The notes beneath the pieces were generated by a model. The model did not search any database, was not told the origin of the DNA, and worked only from the letters and a program-made list of their open reading frames with translations. The translations under genes and the position numbers were made by a program. A stretch of 61,700 bases of DNA, the filler included. It is 7 parts of 7 records of this genome, joined end to end, with 100 filler letters (N's around TTAATTAATTAA, not from the genome) between each part and the next. Parts side by side here need not be neighbours in the genome. Positions count along the whole stretch, not along the records: positions 14,415 to 18,069 come from SRR20825010_5588; positions 18,170 to 21,615 come from SRR20825010_5594; positions 21,716 to 35,722 come from SRR20825010_5596; 4 more parts are not named here. The stretch is one strand, 5' to 3'. Shown here piece by piece: positions 15,544 through 24,857 of the stretch (position 1 is the first letter of the stretch; each line of letters opens with the position of its first letter).

Positions 15544-16911
15544 CTACCCGGCGCCAAAGACCTCGCCGACGAAGGTGGTCAGGTCGGGCATCCGGGACAG
15601 CGCCATGCCGTCCGATGCCGTGGCCTTGCCCCCTTGCGGCAGAATCGCCTTGGAGAAACCAAGTTTCTGCGCCTCTTTCAATCGGTTTTCCGACTGGCCG
15701 ACGGGACGCAGGCTCCCTGATAGGCTGATTTCTCCGAAAACGACAGTATCGGGGGGCAGGGCGGCGTCCTCGCGCGCGGAAAGTAGCGCAGCGGCCACAG
15801 CCAGATCGGCGGCAGGTTCGCTGACCCGCATCCCCCCCGCGACGTTCAGGTAAACATCCAGCCCCGCAAACGGGATGCCGCAACGCGATTCGAGTACCGC
15901 CAAAATCATCGCCAGACGGCTGCCGTCCCAGCCCACGACCGACCGGCGCGGCTGCGAATGCGGGCTGGGCGAGACCAGCGCCTGAAGCTCGACCAGCAGG
16001 GGGCGCGTGCCCTCGACCCCGGCAAAGACCACCGACCCCGGCGCGGGCTGGCCGCGTTCGGACAAAAACAGCGCCGAGGGGTTGGCGACCTCTGACAATC
16101 CGCCGCCTGTCATCTCGAACACGCCGATTTCGTCGGTGGGGCCAAAGCGGTTCTTGACCGAGCGCAGGATGCGGAACTGGTGGCCGCGCTCTCCCTCAAA
16201 ATACAGCACCGTATCGACCATGTGTTCGACGACACGAGGACCGGCCAGTTGGCCCTCTTTGGTGACGTGGCCGACCATCATGATAGAACTGCCGGTGCTT
16301 TTGGCGAAGGTGGTCAGCTCATGCGCCGCGGCGCGGACCTGACTGACAGATCCGGGGGTGCTGTCGACATTGTCGGCCCACATGGTCTGGACCGAATCGA
16401 TGATGGCCAGATCGGGGCGGGTTTCATCCAGCGTGGTCAGGATGTCGCGCAGATTGGTTTCCGTCGCCAGTTTCACCGGCGCCTCTGCCAAATTTAACCG
16501 TTGGGCGCGCAGGCGGATCTGGGCGCTGGCCTCTTCGCCCGAAATATAGACGACCTTTAACCCGGCGTTGGCAAAGGCCGCGGCGGCCTGCAAAAGCAGA
16601 GTGGATTTGCCGATGCCCGGATCACCCGCCATCAGCACCGCGCTGGAGGGCACCAGCCCGCCCCCCAGAACGCGGTCAAATTCATCCATGCCGCAGGCGG
16701 TGCGCGGCGGCGGAGACTCTTTGGCGGAGAGATCGGTCAAGGCAACGGCGCGGCCGCGCGATTTGCCCAAGGTCTTGCCCGATGGTCCCTGGCTGAGGGG
16801 CTTTTCCTCGGTGATGGTGTTCCATTCGCCGCAGGTTTCGCAGCGACCTGACCATTTGGTGGTGGTGGCGGCGCAGGACTGACAGACGAAACGGGCGGTG
16901 GCTTTGGCCAT
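15544..16911 (-). CDS. radA: DNA repair protein RadA/Sms
   Basis: C4 zinc finger CQSC..CETC, GDPGIGKS, KNRFG and a Lon-like C-terminus. Confidence 0.97.
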   Translation of the reverse strand: MAKATARFVCQSCAATTTKWSGRCETCGEWNTITEEKPLSQGPSGKTLGKSRGRAVALTDLSAKESPPPRTACGMDEFDRVLGGGLVPSSAVLMAGDPGIGKSTLLLQAAAAFANAGLKVVYISGEEASAQIRLRAQRLNLAEAPVKLATETNLRDILTTLDETRPDLAIIDSVQTMWADNVDSTPGSVSQVRAAAHELTTFAKSTGSSIMMVGHVTKEGQLAGPRVVEHMVDTVLYFEGERGHQFRILRSVKNRFGPTDEIGVFEMTGGGLSEVANPSALFLSERGQPAPGSVVFAGVEGTRPLLVELQALVSPSPHSQPRRSVVGWDGSRLAMILAVLESRCGIPFAGLDVYLNVAGGMRVSEPAADLAVAAALLSAREDAALPPDTVVFGEISLSGSLRPVGQSENRLKEAQKLGFSKAILPQGGKATASDGMALSRMPDLTTFVGEVFGAG

Positions 16912-16937
16912 GGAGACTCCGTGAGTGTCGGGGGCGT

Positions 16938-16989
16938 CGGGGCAGGGTCGCCTAAGCCCCATCCGGGGCAGGGCGGCTTATGCCCCATC
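16938..16989. repeat. Tandem 26-bp direct repeat (2 copies) upstream of radA
   Basis: CGGGGCAGGGTCGCCTAAGCCCCATC / CGGGGCAGGGCGGCTTATGCCCCATC, 22/26 identical. Confidence 0.75.
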
Positions 16990-17042
16990 GCGGGCGGGAG
17001 GCCAATGACTCCCTCGGCCTTTGGTCTGTCACCGGGGTCTTT

Positions 17043-17504
17043 TTACAAAGAAGGCTCCGGTGTGCGGCGCTTTTCGATGAAGCCCAGCATTATCGAGGTG
17101 AGGATGCAGGCGGTGAACAGGTACAGCCCCCACGCGGGTTCGACGCGGCCCACGCCCATGCCCTTGGACAGGGTGATATAAAGCGCGATCAGAAAGATGT
17201 CGGCCATGGCCAGTTTGCCGATGATTTCAAGCACCGGCAGGCTGCGGCGGTCGAGCAGGTCGAACTGCACCAGCGCCAGCCCCAGCGTTTTGATCAGCGG
17301 TGCAAAGAGCGCAAACAGGGTGACGATCAGGGCCAGAAAGATGTCGGATTTCCACAGCGATTGCAGGCCCGAAAGGATGCTGATTTCGCTGAGACCAAAC
17401 AGCGGCATAAAGCCCGCGCGCAACAGCGGCGCGTACCATGACAGCGGGTACAGCAGGAACAGCGCGAGGTTGAGCCAGCGCAGGTGGTGCCGCCAATTGG
17501 TCAA
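17043..17504 (-). CDS. Paraquat-inducible protein A-like membrane protein (single domain)
   Basis: SILSGLQSLW, GKLAMADIFLIAL, WGLYLF; TTG start overlaps the upstream stop. Confidence 0.75.
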   Translation of the reverse strand: MTNWRHHLRWLNLALFLLYPLSWYAPLLRAGFMPLFGLSEISILSGLQSLWKSDIFLALIVTLFALFAPLIKTLGLALVQFDLLDRRSLPVLEIIGKLAMADIFLIALYITLSKGMGVGRVEPAWGLYLFTACILTSIMLGFIEKRRTPEPSL

Positions 17505-17887
17505 GAGACCCACCACCACAGACCCAGCAACGCCAGCAGCATCAGCCCGTGAACCACGTCGATCCAGCGTCCTCGCGCGTCTGGGGACAGGGCGCTGAGC
17601 ACAAACAGCGCCGAGGGCACCAGCAGCGCGGTGATGCCGCCCTGTCCTGCCATTACGCGCGCGGCAGAGGCGTAGAGTGGGCCGTCATTCAGGCCGATGG
17701 CGGGGGCGAATACGGTGACAACGCCACCGAGCGCGAGCGCAAAGGCCGCCAGAGCGGGCCAGCGTGACAGGCCACGGCCCAGAAGCAGGCGAAGCGCGGC
17801 CAGTACCGTCAGGATTTCGAGGTAGAGGAATTTCTTGGCGAACAGAAAGAACAGGATCACCGGGTCGGGTTGAAATGGCAGGCTCAC
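17501..17887 (-). CDS. Hypothetical membrane protein
   Basis: 128 aa with 3-4 hydrophobic segments; 4-nt start/stop overlaps with both neighbours. Confidence 0.65.
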   Translation of the reverse strand: MSLPFQPDPVILFFLFAKKFLYLEILTVLAALRLLLGRGLSRWPALAAFALALGGVVTVFAPAIGLNDGPLYASAARVMAGQGGITALLVPSALFVLSALSPDARGRWIDVVHGLMLLALLGLWWWVS

Positions 17888-18069
17888 CGGACAGCCTCAA
17901 TCGGGCCGGTGGCGCTGCCAGAGATGAACTGGGCCACATAGGGGTCGCCGCTGCTGTCCAGTTGCGACACCGGGCCGGTCCACTGGATGACGCCGTCGTG
18001 CAGCATGGCCACCCGGTCCGAGATGGCGCGCACGCTGGTCATGTCATGGGTGATGGTCATGGCGGTGGC
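17884..18069 (-). CDS. ABC transporter ATPase (MlaF/Mkl-like), C-terminal fragment
   Basis: Translated manually (absent from the ORF track): ATAMTITHDMTSVRAISDRVAMLHDGVIQWTGPVSQLDSSGDPYVAQFISGSATGPIEAVR*. Confidence 0.85.
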   Translation of the reverse strand, partial: ATAMTITHDMTSVRAISDRVAMLHDGVIQWTGPVSQLDSSGDPYVAQFISGSATGPIEAVR

Positions 18070-18169
18070 NNNNNNNNNNNNNNNNNNNNNNNNNNNNNNN
18101 NNNNNNNNNNNNNTTAATTAATTAANNNNNNNNNNNNNNNNNNNNNNNNNNNNNNNNNNNNNNNNNNNN
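18070..18169. other. Artificial contig linker
   Basis: 44 N + TTAATTAATTAA + 44 N. Confidence 0.99.
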
Positions 18170-18351
18170 ATCATTTCTTCGTTGTTGGATTTGGTCACTT
18201 CGACGGTGTGGCCAGTCTCGGCCTCAAACATCTCGATGACCTCGTCGGGGGCATAGCCGCCCCAAGTCAGCAGCCGAAGCGTGTCGGCCGACGCCGCCTG
18301 TGCCAGGCCCAGTAGGGCGAGGCAGGTCGTGGTTAGCAATGTCTTGGTCAT
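18170..18351 (-). CDS. Polyamine-type ABC substrate-binding protein, N-terminal fragment
   Basis: Signal peptide ASA-DTLRLLTWGGY..FEAETG..SNNEEM (PotD/PotF-like). Confidence 0.8.
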
Positions 18352-18615
18352 GGTCTTCCCCTGTTTTTGTTCGGATCGTGTTTTGCCACAGGATGCGCAG
18401 CGTTTACCGAATGGTCAAACTTTTTTGACGAGCCTCGGCCTTATGGGCGATGTTCTTGTCAGTTATGTGAACAAAGAACTGCCACGCGACTTTGCCCGAG
18501 ATGTCCGAACCTACGTCGCGCACAGTTTGCACGGCACCCCCCCTGTACGGGAAAACAGTTGTTGCGTGTCGTGGACACTGGCAAGGATGGTCATCGATCA
18601 GAACGGAGGCCGGAC

Positions 18616-19905
18616 ATGGAATTTATCGCAAAGGCGACTGCTATGGTGGGGGGTGCCGTGGCGCTGCTGCGTCGCGTTGGCGCGCCGTCACATCAGGCCA
18701 TGGGCGCCAGCCCGCAGATCCCCGATGCCCGCAAACAGGGTATCATGACGCTAAAAATGCCCGTCGCCCAAGGCTGGAAAAACGGCCACGTCCCCACCTG
18801 CGCGCCCGGGCTCAAGGTCAACGCCTTTGCCTCCGGACTGGAGCACCCCCGTTGGATCGAGGTCCTGCCGAACGGCGATGTCCTCGTCGCGGAATCGAAA
18901 GAACAGGCGGGGCCGCCCAAGACACTGATGGACCACGCGGCACAGGCGACAATGCGACGGGCCAAGGCGATCGGCGTCAGCGCCAACCGCGTGACCCTGT
19001 GGCGGGATGCAGACGGCGACGGGGTGGCCGAAATCCGCGAGGTGTTTGTCGAGATCCAGAACCAGCCCTTTGGCATGGCGCTGATCGGGAGCCGGTTTTA
19101 CCTCGGCAACACCGATGGCATCGTGGTTTTTGACTATACGCCTGATGCGACGTCGCTGACCGGGACCGGGCAAAAGCTGGTCGATTTCAAACCGCATGGC
19201 CACTGGACCCGCAGCCTGATCGTGTCACCCGATGGCACCAAGATCTACGCTGGTGTCGGGTCGTTGTCGAATATCGGCGATCAGGGCATGGAGGCAGAAC
19301 AGGGGCGCGCCGCAATCTGGGAACTGGATGTCGAGACCGGCGCAGCCCGTATCTTTGCTTCGGGGCTGCGCAATGCGGTCGGCATGGCGTGGGAACCGAC
19401 AACCGGCGCGCTTTGGACGGTTGTCAACGAACGCGACGGACTGGGGGACGAAACGCCGCCGGATTACCTGACCTCGGTGCAAGAGGACGGCTTTTACGGC
19501 TGGCCCTATTGCTATTGGGGAGACACGGTAGACGACCGGGTCACACAGGACGCCGCATTGGTCGCACGCGCGATCAAGCCGGATTATGCATTGGGCGGGC
19601 ATACGGCGTCGCTTGGTCTGTGCTGGATGCCTGCAGGAACTCTGCCAGGATTCGGCGACGGCATGGTGATCGGGCAGCACGGATCATGGAACCGCTCCAA
19701 ACTGAGCGGATACAAGCTGATCTTTGTGCCCTTTGAGAACGGCGCCCCCAGCGGCCCGCCGCGGGACATTCTCAGCGGCTTCTTGTCCGACGATGAAAAG
19801 ATCGCCTACGGACGTCCCGTCGGCGTAACTCTCGGCGCGGACAAGAAGTCGCTCCTGATGGCGGATGACGTGGGTGACATCATCTGGCGCGTTACCGGCG
19901 CATAA
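18616..19905 (+). CDS. PQQ-dependent sugar / L-sorbosone dehydrogenase family protein
   Basis: GLEHPRW, HWTR, GLRNAVG, NERDGLGD, FYGWPY and GRPVGV; GGAGG RBS before 18616. Confidence 0.88.
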   Translation: MEFIAKATAMVGGAVALLRRVGAPSHQAMGASPQIPDARKQGIMTLKMPVAQGWKNGHVPTCAPGLKVNAFASGLEHPRWIEVLPNGDVLVAESKEQAGPPKTLMDHAAQATMRRAKAIGVSANRVTLWRDADGDGVAEIREVFVEIQNQPFGMALIGSRFYLGNTDGIVVFDYTPDATSLTGTGQKLVDFKPHGHWTRSLIVSPDGTKIYAGVGSLSNIGDQGMEAEQGRAAIWELDVETGAARIFASGLRNAVGMAWEPTTGALWTVVNERDGLGDETPPDYLTSVQEDGFYGWPYCYWGDTVDDRVTQDAALVARAIKPDYALGGHTASLGLCWMPAGTLPGFGDGMVIGQHGSWNRSKLSGYKLIFVPFENGAPSGPPRDILSGFLSDDEKIAYGRPVGVTLGADKKSLLMADDVGDIIWRVTGA

Positions 19906-20011
19906 GCGTTTGGCCGCAAGGCTAATCGCATCCAGTTCCGCGCCAAGAGCGCAGCGCAGATCGATCCCGGACTGCTGCGCTGCGCACCACATCCGTCGGG
20001 CAAGCGCTCCT

Positions 20012-20683
20012 TTAGCCGTCGATACTTTGCGCCAATACGCGGCTGATCACCGTCAGGCTCTCGCCACTTTCCGCCTTCCACGCATTGAACGCGGCCTGCA
20101 CCGCCGCCATCGCCTTTTTCGAGGTCGGCTCCTTGTCGATCACGCCCTCTGCCTCCAGCCGCGCCACCACGGACGGCGACAGCACATAACTTTCCTTGCC
20201 CAGATACCGCAGCGCGTAGGCCCCTGTGGCCCCGCCCAGACGCGAACCGTTCTTTTTCAACCACTCCAACAGCCCGGCGAAATCCTCAGCCGGCCAATCG
20301 CCGATCTTGCGCCCGAAACTGCCCGCCTCGGCGGCGACCTCCTGAATAAAGGCGGCGTTGTGCTGGATCGCCTCGACCTTGGGCGGGCTGCGCACGATGC
20401 GCGGATCGTCCAGCAATTCGTCGAACCAGTCTTCGGACATCACGGCCACACGCCCGACATCAAAGTTGTAGAAGGCCTCTTCGATGCCGACCCACTTGTT
20501 TTCCACAACCTGCCAACTGATCCCGGCCTGAAAAATCCCGCGCGCCATTTGCGCCAGCCAGCGGTTGTCCGGAATGGCGGCAAGGTCATCCGCGCTCAGC
20601 ACCTTGGGCATATCCGCCAGCACCGCGTCCTTACCGCCTTTGCGGTCTGCCGCGATGTTCAGGATCTCTTGATATGTCTGCAT
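20012..20683 (-). CDS. DNA-3-methyladenine glycosylase I family protein
   Basis: IFQAGISWQVVENKW..EAFYNFD..LLDDPRIVR..KVEAIQHNA. Confidence 0.8.
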   Translation of the reverse strand: MQTYQEILNIAADRKGGKDAVLADMPKVLSADDLAAIPDNRWLAQMARGIFQAGISWQVVENKWVGIEEAFYNFDVGRVAVMSEDWFDELLDDPRIVRSPPKVEAIQHNAAFIQEVAAEAGSFGRKIGDWPAEDFAGLLEWLKKNGSRLGGATGAYALRYLGKESYVLSPSVVARLEAEGVIDKEPTSKKAMAAVQAAFNAWKAESGESLTVISRVLAQSIDG

Positions 20684-20804
20684 GGTTCCCTCCGGGTATG
20701 ACCGGCCAGACAGTGGCAGAGCCCGTCAGGTCATGAAAGCCCTCATTGAGCGGGGCCGCGCACAGCGCTACGCTTACATCACATTCACGACAGGGCTTGG
20801 GCAG

Positions 20805-21104
20805 ATGGACCCGGATACATCACTGACGGATTTCAGGATGCGCGACGGGTCGCGGAACTTTCTGACCCTGCCGATCCTGAAATCGCCCGGCCAGCTTTGG
20901 CGCAGCCTGAGGCGGCTCAAACACGTCAAGCGCAAGGCAAACGTCCAGTCCGTCACCGACGCGTGGATCACCTTTTCCTGGCGCGGTTGGGAGATCGCCA
21001 TTCACGACCCCTACGGCGAATACTGGTTCTTTGCAGAAGATCCCCAAACCCCGGACGACGTACTGGAAGAGATCCGCCAGCATTTCCTGAAAGCCGGGCT
21101 GTGA
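20805..21104 (+). CDS. Hypothetical protein
   Basis: Fills the gap between the glycosylase gene and thrS; protein-like composition (AWITFSWRGW..DPYGEYWFF); start uncertain. Confidence 0.55.
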   Translation: MDPDTSLTDFRMRDGSRNFLTLPILKSPGQLWRSLRRLKHVKRKANVQSVTDAWITFSWRGWEIAIHDPYGEYWFFAEDPQTPDDVLEEIRQHFLKAGL

Positions 21105-21179
21105 CGCCAGCCCCGACACAGCTTGACAGCTCCACTCGACAGGCGCAAAAGCAGGCCCGCAAAACATAACCCGCAACCG

Positions 21180-21196
21180 GGCGTTCCGTGGGCGCC
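21180..21196 (+). promoter_or_regulatory. Putative thrS translational operator (anticodon-arm mimic)
   Basis: GGCGT-TCCGTGG-GCGCC: 5-bp stem and 7-nt loop with central CGU, 8 nt before the GAGGAG SD. Confidence 0.45.
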
Positions 21197-21219
21197 AAAC
21201 TGACGAGGAGTTGAGGCTG

Positions 21220-21615
21220 ATGGCCCAGATTTCCCTGACCTTTCCCGATGGCTCAAAACGCGACTTCGACAAGGGCGTGACCCCTGCCGAAGTGGCTGCG
21301 AGCATTTCCAAATCGCTTGGCAAGAAGGCGATTTCCGCCACCGTGGGCGACGCGCACTGGGACCTGCAATGGCCGATCGAGGCTGACGCAGATATCGCGA
21401 TCAACACTTTGGCCGATGAGGCACCCGCGCTGGAATTGATCCGGCACGACCTTGCGCACATTATGGCGCGCGCGGTGCAGGAACTGTGGCCCGGCGTCAA
21501 AGTCACCATCGGTCCGGTGATCGACAACGGCTGGTACTACGACTTTGACCGCGAAGAGCCGTTCACCCCCGAAGACCTCGGCGCGATCGAAAAGAAGATG
21601 AAAGAGATCATCAAC
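21220..21615 (+). CDS. thrS: Threonine--tRNA ligase, N-terminal fragment
   Basis: TGS domain [11 protein letters not shown]; editing-domain motif [26 protein letters not shown]. Confidence 0.96.
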
Positions 21616-21715
21616 NNNNNNNNNNNNNNNNNNNNNNNNNNNNNNNNNNNNNNNNNNNNTTAATTAATTAANNNNNNNNNNNNNNNNNNNNNNNNNNNNN
21701 NNNNNNNNNNNNNNN
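21616..21715. other. Artificial contig linker
   Basis: 44 N + TTAATTAATTAA + 44 N. Confidence 0.99.
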
Positions 21716-22855
21716 ACCACACCGACCGTAGAAATAGCGGTTCCTATGGAAAAGGCCGATGGAGGAATTATCCTTACGGCCAGCCATAATCCAAAGCAAT
21801 GGAACGCCCTTAAACTTCTAAATGAGAAAGGGGAATTTTTGGATGCAGCCCAAGGTGCCAAAATATTGGAAATTGCAGAAAAGGAAGCCTTTAATTTCTC
21901 AGAGGTAGATGATTTGGGAACCGTTAATAGGAATGACTCCTATATCGATATCCATATAGATGAGGTGTTAGACCTTACTTTAGTGGATGCGGATGTTATA
22001 CGTGCGGCCAAGTTTAAAGTAGTGGTAGACGGGGTAAATTCTACCGGTGGCATTGCCATACCTAAACTTTTAAAGGAATTGGGGGTAGAAGTAGTGGAGC
22101 TGTACTGTGATCCCACAGGGCATTTTCCCCATAACCCAGAACCTCTAAAAGAACATTTGGGAGATATTTGTGAATTGGTGGTAAAGGAAAAGGCCGATTT
22201 CGGAATCGTTGTGGATCCGGATGTGGATCGCCTGGCGTTCATCACCAATGAAGGGGAAATGTTCGGGGAGGAATATACTTTGGTAGCCTGTGCAGATTAT
22301 GTATTAGGAAAAACCAAAGGAAATACTGTTTCCAATCTATCCTCTTCAAGAGCCTTAAGGGATATTTCTGAAAAACACGGTGGCACTTATGAAGCCGCTG
22401 CCGTAGGTGAAGTAAACGTGGTGACTAAAATGAAGGCCAATAAGGCCATTATAGGTGGTGAGGGCAATGGCGGTATTATTTATCCTGAAAGTCATTATGG
22501 TAGGGACTCCCTAGTGGGGACGGCCTTATTTTTAATGTTGATGGCGGAAAGGGGAGGTACCGTAAGCGAACTAAGAGCCAGTTACCCTAGTTATTTTATG
22601 AGCAAAAAGAAGATTGAACTTACACCTGGCTTGGATGTAGACGGTATTCTAGTGGCTATGGCGGAGAAATATAAAAATGAGGAAATTTCTACTATTGACG
22701 GGGTAAAGATAGATTTTCCGGAGAATTGGGTACACTTGCGTAAATCCAATACGGAGCCCATCATCCGAATCTACACGGAAGCCAAAAGTCAGACCGAAGC
22801 AGATGGCTTGGCAGATAGAATAATAGGCGAGATAAAAACGGTAGCAGGAATCTAA
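21716..22855 (+). CDS. glmM: Phosphoglucosamine mutase / phosphomannomutase, 5'-truncated
   Basis: TASHNP, DPDVDR, GEGNGG, RKSNTEP. Confidence 0.88.
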   Translation, partial: TTPTVEIAVPMEKADGGIILTASHNPKQWNALKLLNEKGEFLDAAQGAKILEIAEKEAFNFSEVDDLGTVNRNDSYIDIHIDEVLDLTLVDADVIRAAKFKVVVDGVNSTGGIAIPKLLKELGVEVVELYCDPTGHFPHNPEPLKEHLGDICELVVKEKADFGIVVDPDVDRLAFITNEGEMFGEEYTLVACADYVLGKTKGNTVSNLSSSRALRDISEKHGGTYEAAAVGEVNVVTKMKANKAIIGGEGNGGIIYPESHYGRDSLVGTALFLMLMAERGGTVSELRASYPSYFMSKKKIELTPGLDVDGILVAMAEKYKNEEISTIDGVKIDFPENWVHLRKSNTEPIIRIYTEAKSQTEADGLADRIIGEIKTVAGI

Positions 22856-22871
22856 TAGATTAGTATAAATA

Positions 22872-22907
22872 AGGGTCGGAAAACACATATTTTCGACCCT
22901 AATTTTT
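22872..22907 (+). terminator. Putative intrinsic terminator after glmM
   Basis: AGGGTCG(G)AAAA / TTTTCGACCCT stem followed by AATTTTT. Confidence 0.55.
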
Positions 22908-22917
22908 AATTGTGAAA

Positions 22918-23706
22918 ATGAAATATCACCTCTCAAAATTACTTCTTTTCGTTTTTGTTGGAAGCACTTCTTATTGTAGTTTAGCACAGGCAGATACACT
23001 AAGGGTGATGAGTTTTAACATCCTACATGGGGCCACGACCAAGAACGATTTTAATTTGGATACCATTGCAGGAGTGATTAACTACTACCAACCTGATTTG
23101 GTGGCTCTACAGGAGGTCGATTTTAGAACGAAAAGAGCCAAAAATTACGATTTGCCCACAGAATTGGGAATGCGAACAAAAATGGCCTCGTTATTTGCCC
23201 GAGCCATGTATTATGATGGAGGGGAGTATGGAGAAGCGGTGCTATCAAAATTTACTTTTATTGGCAGTGAGAATTTGGCGCTGCCCCATTTGCCAGATTC
23301 GGAACCCAGGGCTGCCTTGGTTACTAGGGTAAAAACCAAAAAAGGGAATACCATTCAGTTTGTGGGTACGCATTTGGATCACTTGAAGGATGAAACTGAT
23401 AAGGTAATGCAGGCCAAGGCTATCATTGCCCATTTAGGGGACACGGAATTCCCGACTTTGTTGGTGGGCGATCTCAACGCAGTGCCTAATAGCAACCCTA
23501 TAACTATCCTTTCCGAAAAATTCTCAAAACCCAAACACCCCAATGCTTGGAACGGCACTTTTCCAGCAACCGGTCCCAATATTTGTATTGACCATATCAT
23601 GTATAATCAGCCCGAAAAATGGCAGGTGTTGGATTATGAGGTATTATGTGAGAATTATGCCAGCGATCATTGTATCGTAATCGCAACTCTGGTATTTACT
23701 CCTTAG
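22918..23706 (+). CDS. Secreted endonuclease/exonuclease/phosphatase (EEP) family protein
   Basis: Signal peptide; MSFNI, LQEVD, THLD, GDLN, IDHI, SDH. Confidence 0.9.
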   Translation: MKYHLSKLLLFVFVGSTSYCSLAQADTLRVMSFNILHGATTKNDFNLDTIAGVINYYQPDLVALQEVDFRTKRAKNYDLPTELGMRTKMASLFARAMYYDGGEYGEAVLSKFTFIGSENLALPHLPDSEPRAALVTRVKTKKGNTIQFVGTHLDHLKDETDKVMQAKAIIAHLGDTEFPTLLVGDLNAVPNSNPITILSEKFSKPKHPNAWNGTFPATGPNICIDHIMYNQPEKWQVLDYEVLCENYASDHCIVIATLVFTP

Positions 23707-24691
23707 CCAGTTGTTCGTTTAAGTAGGCTCCACGTACCAATTTGGAAGTCTGGTGTTCACCGGTATGGCTCCAACCCGGAGGCATAATAATATAAAGGAG
23801 TCTATTCTTTAAACCGGGTGCTTTGGCTACATCTTTAAAAAGGGCAACAAATTCGCCGAAATAAACATCCAAGAAGTTGCCACTATCCATTTTACGGGTA
23901 ATGCCGTATTCTATTTGGATATCATGTTGTTCCTCTTGATAAGTCCCAAAAACCTTGTCCCAAATATTCAATAAATTACAGAAATTGGTATCCATGTACA
24001 GTGGGTTTCTGGCATGATGCACCCTATGATGGGAGGGTGTTAATATTATCTTGTTCAAAAACCCCATTCTGCCATCTTTCATCAAATTTTCACCAACATG
24101 GATAAATGCGCCATAGGTACCATCTATAAACATGATCAAAAAGAGTAGAACCGGCTCAACACCCAATAGTATACATACCGTTGTTCTAATGGCATCGGCA
24201 TAAGGGGCCTCCAGAAAAAAATGCGCATGGGTTACGGAAAGGTTCATTTGTTCCGGTGCATGGTGGGTAGAATGCAAACACCAAAAAAGTCGCACTTTAT
24301 GCCCCCAATAGTGGTAGAGGAAATGACCAAATTCCCAAACAATATATCCATAAATAAACCAGTACCAGGTCATTTTGGTCTGGAATAGGGCATAGGGTTG
24401 TAACCACCCAATAATAAGGGTCACCATGGCTATGGCTATAAATCGGCCAATAAACCTATTGAACACATAGATGAGGAAGTTAACTTTGTACACCTTGGTA
24501 TTAGGTTTTTTATATACCAGACCAAGGATGAATTCCAATAGCAATAGCAAAGGGATTATGGGGTAAATTAGGGATACAACACCATCGTAAGTAGAGAAAA
24601 CGCTATAATCTCCGGCTTGCAACAATTCCAGTGCCTGACTTATTCCCAAAAATCCAACGACCTCGTCATATAGGGTACCTAAAATTTCCAT
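23696..24691 (-). CDS. Sterol desaturase / fatty acid hydroxylase family protein
   Basis: His boxes HYWGH, HSTHH and HHRVHH; NF..LLNIWDKVFGT. Confidence 0.9.
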   Translation of the reverse strand: MEILGTLYDEVVGFLGISQALELLQAGDYSVFSTYDGVVSLIYPIIPLLLLLEFILGLVYKKPNTKVYKVNFLIYVFNRFIGRFIAIAMVTLIIGWLQPYALFQTKMTWYWFIYGYIVWEFGHFLYHYWGHKVRLFWCLHSTHHAPEQMNLSVTHAHFFLEAPYADAIRTTVCILLGVEPVLLFLIMFIDGTYGAFIHVGENLMKDGRMGFLNKIILTPSHHRVHHARNPLYMDTNFCNLLNIWDKVFGTYQEEQHDIQIEYGITRKMDSGNFLDVYFGEFVALFKDVAKAPGLKNRLLYIIMPPGWSHTGEHQTSKLVRGAYLNEQLAKE

Positions 24692-24857
24692 AATAAGTTG
24701 ACTTTTTATAAATAAGGTAATAATATATTTATAAACGAACAATTTTACCACTAATTTAGACCAACGTCAATGCTGGACATCCAAAAGGTGATTCAATGGG
24801 CAGTAAATACACAAATAATAAAGTTTATCGCGCGGGGATGTGCACGTTGTACGCTCG

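Noticed and set aside
19865-20701. 278-aa plus-strand ORF
   Set aside because: Antisense to the glycosylase-family gene, with no motif support
23696-23706. Convergent 11-bp overlap of the EEP and desaturase genes
   Set aside because: Short tail-to-tail overlaps are common
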